Source: a virus | Length of the DNA: 64,000 bases | Reading direction: 5' to 3' (one strand) | IMG/VR virus record: IMGVR_UViG_3300045988_182554 | Span: 1-64,000 of that record | Shown: piece after piece, positions 20,355-29,883 of the stretch | Numbering within the stretch: position 1 is the stretch's first letter | Layout: each line of letters starts with the position of its first letter | Notes under the pieces: model-generated | The model's input: only the letters and a program-made list of their open reading frames with translations | The model's database searches: none | What the model was told of the DNA's origin: nothing | Program-made: the position numbers and the translations under genes

Positions 20355-20382
20355 TTGTCAATCTGTGCGAATTACGTACAAT
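20355..20382 (+). promoter_or_regulatory. promoter-operator copy 7 (TTGTCA-16-TACAAT)
   Basis: Spacer TGTGCGAATTACG. Confidence 0.6.
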
Positions 20383-20469
20383 GAAAAATATAAACCAAAA
20401 ATATATCTTATCGTTGTCCCGCATGAGTTGTTTGTGCGGGACTTTTTTGTTTGCGGAAAGGAAATGCAC

Positions 20470-20668
20470 TATGTACGGTTTATCAGAAGAAAGCTTAACG
20501 ATTGTTGGTGTTATTTTGATTGTGGTTGGTGTCGCTATGATTGGTTGGGGATTTGAATGGAATCAGGACATTACCAATGATAAACGGGTCGGAACCGTTG
20601 TCAGAGACATTGGCGTTATGGTTTTGGCGACCGGCATTATATTTGTGATGCAGCGGGCAATGAACTAA
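20470..20668 (+). CDS. small membrane protein (2 TM)
   Basis: GGAAAGGAAA RBS; 66 aa, two hydrophobic helices. Confidence 0.45.
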
Positions 20669-20682
20669 ATTGGGAAAATGTA

Positions 20683-20716
20683 AGGCAGGCTCATTTCGGG
20701 CCTGCTTGTTTTTTGG
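20683..20716 (+). terminator. rho-independent terminator
   Basis: GGCAGGC-N8-GCCTGC hairpin plus T6. Confidence 0.6.
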
Positions 20717-20822
20717 GTGAAATATGATTACAACAAAGAAGATTGACCCACGGCCATATCAGCAGAAAGCTGCTGCGGCGATTCATAGAGAGTAGGATGC
20801 CGGGAATAAGAAAACGCTGGTT

Positions 20823-22919
20823 GTGATGCCGACCGGAACCGGCAAAACTATTGTGTTTGCAAGCATCGTGAACGACCAGGTGGCAAAGGGTGAACACGTT
20901 TTGATTCTTGCGCACCGGGAAGAGCTTTTACAGCAGGCAAGCGACAAGCTCAAGATGGTGACGGGGCTAGAGACCGCGTTAGAGAAAGCGCAAAGCTCGG
21001 CGCTCGATTCCGATAAGATGGTCGTGGTTGCCAGTGTTCAGACTCTCTCTAAGCAGAATCGGTTAATGAAGTATCCGCGTGATTATTTCGGGACTATCAT
21101 CATTGATGAAGCGCATCACACGGCAGCCAAAACTTACAAGGGAATTCTCGAGCATTTCATCGATGCCAAAGTGTTGGGCGTGACCGCAACACCCGACCGA
21201 AGCGACATGAAATCCCTATCTGATATCTTTGATAGTCTTGCATTTGAATATAAGCTCCCGGATGCAATTCGGGAAGGATATCTCTGCAAAATTAACACGA
21301 AGACAATTCCGGTCGAGGTAGACATCAGCAAGGTTCATATCAATGCCGGTGATTTCAGTGCTCAGGACCTCGGCAATGTTCTTGACCTGTATCTGGACAC
21401 GATTGCGGATGCCATTGTGCGAGAATGCCAGAACCGAAAGACTGTCATCTTTACGCCTCTGGTACGAATCAGCAAAAGACTGTGCAATATCCTCAATAAG
21501 CGAAACTTCAAGACCGCAGAAGTCAATGGCGCGTCTGCGGACCGGGAGGACGTTCTGAAAGGGTTTGACAATGGCGAGTACAAGGCGCTGACGAACGCGA
21601 TGCTCCTGACGGAAGGATGGGATTGCCCGACCGTTGACTGTATCATCTGCTTGCGTCCTACCAAGAGCCGTAGCCTGTATGCGCAGATTGTGGGACGCGG
21701 AACACGCCTATGTGAAGGGAAAAAGAATCTTCTCGTGCTGGATTTCCTGTGGCTGACAAAGAAACATAGTCTTTGCCATCCTGCTGATATTTTCTGTGAA
21801 GACCAGGAAGTGGCACAAAAGACCACCGATATGCTGGCGGATGCGGCACTCACCGGTTCGAATAGCCAGGAGAATTTCGGGAGTCCCGAATTGGGGCTGA
21901 TTGAGGCAATCGAGGAAGCACAGACTGAGCTGGACGAGGAAAAGCGGAAAGCACTGTGTGAACTCGAAAAGCAGGATACGATTCAGCGCAAGCTCAAGGC
22001 ACAGCGTCAAAAGCCGAGAGGATTGGTTGACCCGCTGCAGTATATCTTCAGCATCGAAGCGCCAGAACTCAACGATTATCAGCCGATGTTTGAGAATGAG
22101 AGGCAGGAGCCTTCCGATGACATCATCGATAGTATTTCGTGCTACGGCGTGAAAGGGGATGCCATCAAATCTCAGGGCCTTGCCGCTGCAATTCTCAAAC
22201 GACTCATTGCTCGCAGAGCCAGCGGAATGGCTACCCCGAAACAGATTCGGTGTCTTGAAAGTTTTGGGTTCGTCCATGTTGGGCGCTGGACATTGCGCTA
22301 TGCAAGCAGCTTTTTGGACATCATCAGTTCTCATGACTGGAAACTTCCGAATGGGTTCGACGCATCCACGCTGGACCCGGAAAAGAATACGGCAGAAGAC
22401 CTCGCCAAGCTGTATCCAGACTACAAGGAAGATGAGACGAAGAAAGCACCGCGTGGGGATGCTTTCATCTGCTGCTACTACGATGCAAGCTACAATTTGG
22501 CTCGCAAGAAGGTCTGCAACAGTGAAAAAGAAATGTTGAATCTGTATTATTCACTGTTCAATACTTGCGAAGCAAAGTACTTCTATTGTACGAAGGAAGC
22601 TGATGCCTGGATGGCAGAAAAGCAGAATCTAATTGCCAGAAAGACTGGAACACCGATTCCTGCCGCACAGCCGACTCAGGCAACACCCGCAGTACCTCCT
22701 CCCTTTGTCCCGACAGCTCCCGCTAAGAGCCACGAATATTATTGCTGCCTTGCACGCTGGGACGGGTCTTATATCGGCTATGAAACTTACAAGAGTGAGC
22801 AGGCGGCACAGAATGCCCGAAAGCAGATTGCCCGGCGCGGTGAGACGGCAGTGTATGCCACAGTAGAGGAAGCCGAAGCGTGGGTCGAACGGCAAAAGGC
22901 AGCGAGAACCAGGAGGTAA
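20823..22919 (+). CDS. SF2 DEAH-box helicase (type III restriction res-like), N-terminus separated by in-frame TAG
   Basis: MPTGTGKT Walker A, IIIDEAHH motif II, later helicase motifs; upstream in-frame 23-codon ORF (20724-20795) encodes the PRPYQ Q-motif and is followed by TAG. Confidence 0.7.
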   Translation: MMPTGTGKTIVFASIVNDQVAKGEHVLILAHREELLQQASDKLKMVTGLETALEKAQSSALDSDKMVVVASVQTLSKQNRLMKYPRDYFGTIIIDEAHHTAAKTYKGILEHFIDAKVLGVTATPDRSDMKSLSDIFDSLAFEYKLPDAIREGYLCKINTKTIPVEVDISKVHINAGDFSAQDLGNVLDLYLDTIADAIVRECQNRKTVIFTPLVRISKRLCNILNKRNFKTAEVNGASADREDVLKGFDNGEYKALTNAMLLTEGWDCPTVDCIICLRPTKSRSLYAQIVGRGTRLCEGKKNLLVLDFLWLTKKHSLCHPADIFCEDQEVAQKTTDMLADAALTGSNSQENFGSPELGLIEAIEEAQTELDEEKRKALCELEKQDTIQRKLKAQRQKPRGLVDPLQYIFSIEAPELNDYQPMFENERQEPSDDIIDSISCYGVKGDAIKSQGLAAAILKRLIARRASGMATPKQIRCLESFGFVHVGRWTLRYASSFLDIISSHDWKLPNGFDASTLDPEKNTAEDLAKLYPDYKEDETKKAPRGDAFICCYYDASYNLARKKVCNSEKEMLNLYYSLFNTCEAKYFYCTKEADAWMAEKQNLIARKTGTPIPAAQPTQATPAVPPPFVPTAPAKSHEYYCCLARWDGSYIGYETYKSEQAAQNARKQIARRGETAVYATVEEAEAWVERQKAARTRR

Positions 22920-22923
22920 TCAT

Positions 22924-23478
22924 ATGCGTACCAATAAGACAGTAAGCCATATTTACTACGAACTCGACCATGATGTGCAGGAATATGCGAAACGGCTTTT
23001 GGCTAAAAAGATTCTGCACGCGGCACAGCAGGACAATGCCGTTCCGTTTCCTGATGAAACGGCAAAGAGAATTGCCGAGACGGCGGTGTTTCTGACCGAA
23101 CGCCTCACGCTTTTGTATGAGGTCAGTTCTGGCTTTCGAGGCATTCGGTTCAGCGATTCCGGGAAACAACCCGCTGTTTATACTACCATGGTTCAGCGCA
23201 ATGCTCCTTTGTACGATGAGCCGATGCTTGGGCGGGCCTACAACCTCGCCAGCTTCCTTGCCGCTGAAAGTCCCGATATCAGAGAAGTGGTTTTGATGAA
23301 GCATGGGGTTTTGGCGGCAATTTATAATGCTGCTGCGCACATGAAAGAGCGGACTCCGGAGCCGGGAAAAATCTCGGTTCAGAGCCAGCTGTTTGTGTCT
23401 ACGGCAGTTGAGTTGTTTGATGGTCTTTTGAGTACAGCAGTAGAGAAAAAGAACAGCGGCAATAAAACCGCCGCATGA
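22924..23478 (+). CDS. hypothetical protein
   Basis: CAGGAGG RBS; 184 aa. Confidence 0.55.
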   Translation: MRTNKTVSHIYYELDHDVQEYAKRLLAKKILHAAQQDNAVPFPDETAKRIAETAVFLTERLTLLYEVSSGFRGIRFSDSGKQPAVYTTMVQRNAPLYDEPMLGRAYNLASFLAAESPDIREVVLMKHGVLAAIYNAAAHMKERTPEPGKISVQSQLFVSTAVELFDGLLSTAVEKKNSGNKTAA

Positions 23479-23499
23479 GATAGAGAATAGGAGATTCGT

Positions 23500-23952
23500 A
23501 TGATTCGATTCAGAAAAGATACCCCTCGCTACTGGTTTATGAGTAACTATTATTCTTGCGAATTTGTGATGAATGGGATTCGTTACAAGAATGCCGAAGC
23601 AGCGTTTCAGAGCCACAAGGTTCCGCTGGAAGAGCGCAAACAATTTTCAGACATGCCTCCGGCAACGGCTAAGCATTTTGGCCGTCATGTGGCTTTCCCT
23701 GCCAACTGGGACGAAACCCGGGACGATGTAATGCGCCGCGTGGTGATGGCTAAATTCGAACAGAATAAAGACCTCAAGCAGCGTCTCCTCGAAACGGGAA
23801 CGCAGCCAATCGAGGAAGATACCACCAGTTGGCACGATAACTACTGGGGAAACTGCCATTGCCCGAAATGCCGGAACATCCCGGGTCAGAACCGGCTTGG
23901 GATTATTCTGATGGAAACGAGGGACAAGCTAAAAAAACAAACGAGTAAATAA
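23500..23952 (+). CDS. NADAR / YbiA-family (DUF1768) ADP-ribose-processing hydrolase
   Basis: Aligns with E. coli YbiA blocks: FMSNYY...AEAAFQSHKV, MAKFEQNKDLKQRLLETG, YWGN...GQNRLGIILMETRDKL. Confidence 0.85.
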   Translation: MIRFRKDTPRYWFMSNYYSCEFVMNGIRYKNAEAAFQSHKVPLEERKQFSDMPPATAKHFGRHVAFPANWDETRDDVMRRVVMAKFEQNKDLKQRLLETGTQPIEEDTTSWHDNYWGNCHCPKCRNIPGQNRLGIILMETRDKLKKQTSK

Positions 23953-23983
23953 TATTTGCGAGTCATTTCCTTTTTTAAGACAA

Positions 23984-24021
23984 AAGGCTGCCGCCCATCA
24001 CGGGTAGCAGCCTTCTTTTTT
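23984..24021. terminator. bidirectional rho-independent terminator between convergent genes
   Basis: GGCTGC...GCAGCC hairpin with T-runs on both strands. Confidence 0.55.
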
Positions 24022-24024
24022 TGT

Positions 24025-24477
24025 TTAGTGGGTGTCGTGGCACACATGCTCGAAATCGACGAGCAGCTCATTTGCTGCCTTTTGCACACATGCTATGGCC
24101 GGTTCATCCTTGACTTTTTCAGGTAAAAGGATAAGGCACGGACGGTTAATATCAGTTGAGCTGCTATAGTGGCAGGAGAGCAACTCTTCTCCAAATTCGT
24201 GATTAAGGGCGGAGGCAAGACATTTACCGAGCAAAGCACAATCCTCATCTTTCGCCAAAAGCCTATCCGCCTCATCGTAGTTAATGCGGCCGTTATCGAG
24301 ACATATACGGTCAAGAAATGCACGAACAGAAGCAGATGCGCTCATGGCATCTATAGTCTGACGATGATTCTCAAGAAAAATGCAAAATATCGGCTTTTCG
24401 ATTTCATCCAAGTAAAAGCCAAGGCCGGTAATACGGGTATTGGTATCGGTTTGTGTCATAGGAAACACCTCATCCAT
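24025..24477 (-). CDS. hypothetical protein
   Basis: 150 aa minus-strand ORF convergent with NADAR gene, sharing a bidirectional terminator. Confidence 0.5.
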   Translation of the reverse strand: MDEVFPMTQTDTNTRITGLGFYLDEIEKPIFCIFLENHRQTIDAMSASASVRAFLDRICLDNGRINYDEADRLLAKDEDCALLGKCLASALNHEFGEELLSCHYSSSTDINRPCLILLPEKVKDEPAIACVQKAANELLVDFEHVCHDTH

Positions 24478-24513
24478 TATGGCAGCGAATCACCTTGCCG
24501 CATTCAGAACAAC

Positions 24514-26400
24514 TCACTGAACAACTTCGCCAAGGTCATTTGCGTATTTCGGGTCACACATCATGAAATAGTTGACGGGGCCGTACTCCAGACCGAGCTC
24601 CTGCGCGTATGCCTTGATGACTTCCAGAACGTCCTCTTTCTTGAGATTATACTTGGAATGCAGACGGGCAAACTCTTTGTCAGAGACAGAAACGCAAGAG
24701 CAATTTTCTGCATCGGTTTCTTTGCTGCCCAGCATCCCGTCAAAGATGTCCTGTCCTGCACAGAGAGTCGTCTCATTGTTCATCGCATAGGCGATAACGG
24801 AAGCCTTACAGTCAAAGTCGCTGGCTTCCACAAGGAAATCCTCAGGGCGGCCGTGACGTTCAACAACGTTTTCATAGATGTCCCGGAGTTCGATAGGGGC
24901 AGAAGGAGCGGTCAGCGCTGCTTTATGAAGGCGCATGAATTCCACAAACTTTTCATCCGAGAGGGTGTCGGTATAAAAGCCGATGCCGGAAACGCGAACC
25001 TTCACTTCGCTGGCAAAGTAATCGTCAATTTTGGAGACGATTTTCTGCTGGACCCGCTTGTATGCTTCCTGAACATTGGAAGCCGTGTAAAATACCGGGA
25101 ACTTCATGATGTCGATTCCCTCCGGCAGACTCGCGTCATAGGCCGCATCAATGCCGCCTCGCAGCGCCGGAACCGCGTCATGCAGCTCTTTCACAGAAGA
25201 AATGTATCCGGTAATGTACAGCTCATCGTTTTTGCTGTAATGCCCGATAAGTCCCACATAGAGGGTCTGCATCAGCATCCGCTTGAAGCTGAACCAACAA
25301 AGACGAATGGGTAGAATGACATTAGCAGCCGTACCTTCCGCACGATAGGTGCCGGGGGCAGAGACCTTTTCCAGCAGAATCTGGTCGTTCTTGTCACCGT
25401 ATTTTTCCTTGAAAAGAGCTTGAAGAATTTCAGTGGACGAAAGAGGAGTGGACATTGGAATCGTTTCATTCAGAAAAGAGAGGAATGCATCCACGTTGTC
25501 TTTCTGCCATGCGTCATCAGACATGCTTGCACGCTGCATAGAGAGCTTGTCTTTCCCGTCGTCAGGCAAGGGCTCATACCCACAGGCGATACGAAGCTCG
25601 TTCTCCGTGACAGCATCCGTTGCGCTTGCAATTTTCTTGATGGTATTCTCGGTCGGCTGAGCTTTTGCGTTGCCATTCACGAGGCTGCTGATATACCCAC
25701 GAGTCAGTCCTGCCTGAAACGCAAACTTACCCTGTGTGCGGGTTCCGATGGCTTTTTTGACCAACGATGCCAGCCTTTGAAAGTCGGGCTCTTTGGGAAA
25801 GGTGGCCTCCGTATCTTTATTGCTGTTCTTTTCAAGTACCGACTTGTCCCAACCGGTGACAAGAGAATACCCAATATCCTTCAAGGATTGATAGGCAACC
25901 CCGTTCTGGTCAAGAGCCGGGGAGAATGTACCGCTGTTATCTTCCAGCTGCTCTACTGCCTCACGCACCATCCTTGCTTCGTTCATCAGGATGACGTCCG
26001 GGGCCTCAAGCCGGGCAAGACTCTTGTACCGACTATTGAGGCGCTCGACTCGTGCGGCCAATGCAGTGATGTCATCAAGTTGGTCCTTCGTTGCATGGGC
26101 AGAGATATCTGCACCAAGTTCAAAATGGTTCAGTGCAGGAATATCCACGCCTTTGCTCTTGGCGAATTCCACAATGGCTTCCGCGCCATAAAAACGTTTC
26201 TCATGGGCTGCGACAACTTTCGTTATCGTGTCGGCCGAGTTGTCCAGCTCAAGCACTTCACCTTTTCCGGCATCCTCGACATAACACCTGGCGTTGGTGA
26301 GAAAGCCTTTCAAAAAATCAGCATCCACATCCAGCTTCTTAGCGATGCCGGGCAGCTGCTTATAGAAAATCACGCGCGTGGCGAGGTTAACAGAAATCAT
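24514..26400 (-). CDS. large protein with internal XRE-type HTH
   Basis: 628 aa; HTH-like FAFQAGLTRGYISSLVNGNAKAQPTENTIKKIA; overlapping plus-strand ORFs read as antisense junk. Confidence 0.6.
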   Translation of the reverse strand: MISVNLATRVIFYKQLPGIAKKLDVDADFLKGFLTNARCYVEDAGKGEVLELDNSADTITKVVAAHEKRFYGAEAIVEFAKSKGVDIPALNHFELGADISAHATKDQLDDITALAARVERLNSRYKSLARLEAPDVILMNEARMVREAVEQLEDNSGTFSPALDQNGVAYQSLKDIGYSLVTGWDKSVLEKNSNKDTEATFPKEPDFQRLASLVKKAIGTRTQGKFAFQAGLTRGYISSLVNGNAKAQPTENTIKKIASATDAVTENELRIACGYEPLPDDGKDKLSMQRASMSDDAWQKDNVDAFLSFLNETIPMSTPLSSTEILQALFKEKYGDKNDQILLEKVSAPGTYRAEGTAANVILPIRLCWFSFKRMLMQTLYVGLIGHYSKNDELYITGYISSVKELHDAVPALRGGIDAAYDASLPEGIDIMKFPVFYTASNVQEAYKRVQQKIVSKIDDYFASEVKVRVSGIGFYTDTLSDEKFVEFMRLHKAALTAPSAPIELRDIYENVVERHGRPEDFLVEASDFDCKASVIAYAMNNETTLCAGQDIFDGMLGSKETDAENCSCVSVSDKEFARLHSKYNLKKEDVLEVIKAYAQELGLEYGPVNYFMMCDPKYANDLGEVVQ

Positions 26401-26614
26401 GGTGTACTCCTTTCAAATATGTCATTAGCTGTACAATGCTGTCATCTTCTGTAATTATAATAGCACATCCCGCACCAAAAAGCAAGCATGAATTTACAAA
26501 AAATGACAAGAAAATACACAAGATGACATATTTGGGCAAAGCAATTGATTCTTGAGCTTTCCGGCTTGGTGACGGAACAAGCTCTATGCGCCTTGTCTTT
26601 ACCACAGTTTTGCC

Positions 26615-26642
26615 TTGTGCATCCGTGCGAATTAAATACAAT
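26615..26642 (+). promoter_or_regulatory. promoter-operator copy 8 (TTGTGC-16-TACAAT)
   Basis: Spacer CGTGCGAATTAAA; upstream of acidic protein gene. Confidence 0.6.
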
Positions 26643-26691
26643 TAAAGATGTCGAAAGATAAAGCACAACACACAAAAAAGGAAATTTCACT

Positions 26692-27012
26692 ATGAACACC
26701 AGTATTTTGAAACTCGAAGCCACTGTAATCCGTCCCAAAGATTTTGACGAACTCGACGGCCTCGCCGCTTCCATCAGCTTCCCTGTCGAATACGATGATG
26801 AAGCAATTGGTGAGGCCCTGGGCGACCAGGACCTGATGGCCTATGTCGTCGGAGAGCTGCACGACCTCGTTGTCCGTATGCGTCCCGAATGGCTGGATAA
26901 TGAGGATACTAGCCTGACCATCAAGGCATTCCTGGACGAAGCTGAGTACCAGACGTTCAAGGGCCTTGTCGCGATGAAAGAAGACAGCTACACCTTTGTT
27001 ATTGAGGGCTAA
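26692..27012 (+). CDS. small acidic hypothetical protein
   Basis: 106 aa, strongly D/E-rich. Confidence 0.55.
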   Translation: MNTSILKLEATVIRPKDFDELDGLAASISFPVEYDDEAIGEALGDQDLMAYVVGELHDLVVRMRPEWLDNEDTSLTIKAFLDEAEYQTFKGLVAMKEDSYTFVIEG

Positions 27013-27137
27013 ACACCACAGAGCAAAAAGCAAACCCTGCCTGCAGTAAAATGCGGGTAGGACTTTTTTGTTTGCGTAGCTGCATCCTTTTGTCCACAGA
27101 AACCGTAGGTGCCAGGATGCGTAGCTGCCGACACGGC

Positions 27138-27165
27138 TTGACCTGATGTGCGAGGCTCGTACAAT
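27138..27165 (+). promoter_or_regulatory. promoter-operator copy 9 (TTGACC-16-TACAAT); no ORF before next promoter, possible short transcript
   Basis: Spacer TGTGCGAGGCTCG. Confidence 0.45.
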
Positions 27166-27243
27166 CAGATTTGTACGACAGATATCAAACGCAAAATATG
27201 GTTTACATTGAGCTGCTCAGTGGCCTTATGGCTGTTGGGCGGC

Positions 27244-27271
27244 TTTTTCTTTTGTGCGAGTTGCGTACAAT
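27244..27271 (+). promoter_or_regulatory. promoter-operator copy 10 (weak -35; TGTGCGAGTTGCG-TACAAT)
   Basis: Upstream of lipoprotein-macrodomain operon. Confidence 0.5.
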
Positions 27272-27296
27272 AAAAATCAAGCGGAGGAAACAACCA

Positions 27297-27703
27297 TGAA
27301 AAAATTTATTGGAATTGTTTTAGTGTTGTGCAGCTTGGCCTTGCCTTTAGCTGGCTGCAAAGAAGCCATCAGCACCGTGACTTGTAACACAATATCTGAA
27401 CTCGAAGATATTCCGGGTCAGATATTGTCTACACCGGAAAGCGCTGAAACGGAACCGGAATACAATTACATCCATTTTCGTTACGACAACATCTGGACTG
27501 TATCTGCCCTCGTGAACTACGAAATCGTGGACAACGGCCAAAACATAAAATTTGAAATCAACGATAGTCGCTATCGAGACAAGGTTTTTTATACCAGCAT
27601 GTCGAATGTAGAGCTCGTATACCGAGACGATAGCGTTGATTATGGCACGGACTACACCATTTATCCAGGGAATGCTTCGAAATTCGGAAAGGGTGGTAAG
27701 TAA
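27297..27703 (+). CDS. lipoprotein, hypothetical
   Basis: Signal peptide MKKFIGIVLVLCSLALPLAGC with lipobox. Confidence 0.6.
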
Positions 27704-27704
27704 G

Positions 27705-28181
27705 ATGGGTATTAAATTTATCGACGGCAATATTTTTTCACGACTTTCTGCGAGTAAGCCAACTTACATTTGCCAGCAAGTAAATTGCAAAGGTGTAATG
27801 GGAGCTGGACTTGCCATGCAAATTTGCATCCAATGGCCGGTGGTATATCGGCGCTATCTGGAGTTTTGCCATGGAAACGACGGCAACAAGCTCGGTACTT
27901 ATCAGGAGGTTCTGGTAGAACCGAAGCTGTATGTCGTGAATCTGTTCGGGCAGAATGGTTATAGCCGAGGTGAAAGGCAGACGAATTATGCTGCACTGGC
28001 GGCTGCGCTGTTCTCGTTTTTTAGAGACTGCGCTCAAAAGTATCAGGACGTAACTATCCGGTTGCCATATGGTTTAGGCTGCGGACTTGCCGGAGGCGAC
28101 TGGGACACGGTTCTGGACATCATCAGCGATGCAGCAAAAGCCTGGAATCTGAATGTTGAGATTTGGGAACTCCAGAAATAA
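27705..28181 (+). CDS. standalone macrodomain protein of DarG/TARG1 type (ADP-ribosyl hydrolase)
   Basis: YICQQVNCKGVMGAGLAMQI matches NC-GVMG-G-A-Q signature of TARG1/DarG macrodomains. Confidence 0.8.
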   Translation: MGIKFIDGNIFSRLSASKPTYICQQVNCKGVMGAGLAMQICIQWPVVYRRYLEFCHGNDGNKLGTYQEVLVEPKLYVVNLFGQNGYSRGERQTNYAALAAALFSFFRDCAQKYQDVTIRLPYGLGCGLAGGDWDTVLDIISDAAKAWNLNVEIWELQK

Positions 28182-28188
28182 TAGCAAT

Positions 28189-28229
28189 AAGACCTTTACC
28201 GAAATTCGGTAAGGGTCTTTCTTTTTTTG
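28189..28229 (+). terminator. rho-independent terminator
   Basis: AAGACCTTTACC-GAAATTC-GGTAAGGGTCTT followed by T9. Confidence 0.75.
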
Positions 28230-28351
28230 TAGGGATGCAAATATGTACAGATTGCAAACAAATGGCACCTGCCGTTGCAGAAAAAGCACGATAGTGAGAT
28301 AATATTAGTAAAGAAACAACAACATCATCAGTAAAGTGAGTAAAAAAGCCT

Positions 28352-29359
28352 ATGACAAACGCAGAACTAAAAGCAATCGTCCAGCGTGAGGAATACGATT
28401 TCCTGCGCACCAACAAACACTTGGGGAGCAACATTTTATTCCTAACGCTTAGCGGCAGTCATGCCTACGGAACCAACGTCGAAGGCTCCGATATCGATAT
28501 ACGTGGCGTGGCAGGCTCACCCGAAATCTTAGGGTTTAACCACTTCGAGCAGGCCATTGACAACCGGACAGATACAGTCATCTACGCTGTGAACAAGTTT
28601 GTCAGCTTGCTTGCGCAGGGTAATCCCAACATTATCGAACTTCTTGGCAATGACCCGGAGCTATATGTGAACATGACGCCGGAAGGCCAAATGCTGCTTG
28701 ACAATAGGGAACTGTTCTTGACTCGGCGCATTGCCTACAGCTATGGCGGCTTTGCAAACGACCAGCTCAGACGTTTGCAGATGGGTTTGCTTCGCAACAG
28801 AGTCTCGCCGGAGGCGCTCAAAAACAAATTCGAGAAGAGGAGTCTGGAACGGGCGATTACCGGATGGGGCAAGGATGACATTTTTGAAATCTCCATCAGT
28901 AAGGATACAGATGAAGAAGGCAAACATCCGCTCCTGATTTCTTGCAGCTTGAACGATTATCCAGTCACCTCTCTAAAGCCGCTGCTAAAGAGTCTGACTA
29001 CGACCATCGACCAGTATGAGCAGCCGCAGCATCCGAAAGCACAAAAAGATGCTGCCCACATCAACAAACACGCGATGCACATTGTGCGGTTGTACTACAC
29101 GGCGTTCGATATTCTGGAAAAAGGCGAGATTATCACTCGCCGAGACAAGGAACGCGAGGAACTGTTGGCGATTCGCAACGGCAAGTACCTGCGTGAAGAC
29201 GGGTCGTACGCACCCGAATTCTTTGAGTTTGTTGATGCGCTTGAAAAGAAATTTCAGGATGACGTGAGGAAAACCTCTCTTCCTGCTAAGCCTGACTTTG
29301 GAAAAATTGAGGAGCTTCTGGTGGAAATCAACAAGGAATATTTGCGGCGCGTCATGTAA
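28352..29359 (+). CDS. Pol-beta-superfamily nucleotidyltransferase-domain protein
   Basis: LTLSGSHAYGTNVEGSDIDIRGV (GS...SDxD NTase motif) plus about 230-aa helical C-terminal region. Confidence 0.7.
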   Translation: MTNAELKAIVQREEYDFLRTNKHLGSNILFLTLSGSHAYGTNVEGSDIDIRGVAGSPEILGFNHFEQAIDNRTDTVIYAVNKFVSLLAQGNPNIIELLGNDPELYVNMTPEGQMLLDNRELFLTRRIAYSYGGFANDQLRRLQMGLLRNRVSPEALKNKFEKRSLERAITGWGKDDIFEISISKDTDEEGKHPLLISCSLNDYPVTSLKPLLKSLTTTIDQYEQPQHPKAQKDAAHINKHAMHIVRLYYTAFDILEKGEIITRRDKEREELLAIRNGKYLREDGSYAPEFFEFVDALEKKFQDDVRKTSLPAKPDFGKIEELLVEINKEYLRRVM

Positions 29360-29419
29360 TTGACATGCTATCAGCAACAAAATACTGCTCGTCCATTTGA
29401 ATATGGGCAGCAATTTTTG

Positions 29420-29447
29420 TTGCAAAACCGTGCGAATTGAAGATAAT
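29420..29447 (+). promoter_or_regulatory. promoter-operator copy 11 (TTGCAA-16-GATAAT) driving a short noncoding unit
   Basis: Followed by about 170 nt without ORF and a terminator at 29590-29632. Confidence 0.55.
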
Positions 29448-29589
29448 GAAAATGAAGTTAACGGAAGCAAAGGTGATGCCGATGCAGTAAAAAATATAAA
29501 TAGTGCAAGATTGAAATGTCACAAAGGACGGCCGACCTGTTACCGGCTACCGGTTGAAATAGCAGTCCTTGAGGCTGCGTAAGATTATA

Positions 29590-29632
29590 AAGAACTCCTA
29601 TTACTTTTTTGAGTAGTGGGGGTTCTTTTTTC
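29590..29632 (+). terminator. terminator ending the short noncoding unit upstream of the cas operon
   Basis: Imperfect hairpin GAACTCCTATTAC...GTAGTGGGGGTTC with internal and trailing T-runs. Confidence 0.45.
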
Positions 29633-29787
29633 CTCTAAAAACGAAAGCATACGCCAAGGTCAATATCTGCAGCCTTAGAAACATGAAACTGTACATCGAC
29701 TGCGGCTTGATGTTTAACGATATATCATAAAGTAATGCTATCTTTCTGCCGGAGGGGGAGTCAAGCAATTAAAATTATAATAAACAC

Positions 29788-29815
29788 TTGCCAACTTGTG
29801 CGATTCGCATACAAT
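29788..29815 (+). promoter_or_regulatory. promoter-operator copy 12 (TTGCCA-16-TACAAT), perfect palindrome TGCGATTCGCA; cas operon promoter
   Basis: About 70 nt upstream of cas5c. Confidence 0.6.
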
Positions 29816-29883
29816 CAAGGATAGAGACAGATAAAAGCAAATAACAACCATCCGGCAACATAGATGACAAGTGGAGACGTAAA

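Noticed and set aside
24169-26454. Plus-strand ORFs of 381 and 344 aa
   Set aside because: Antisense shadows of the 628-aa minus-strand HTH protein; translation is compositionally unnatural with no motifs.
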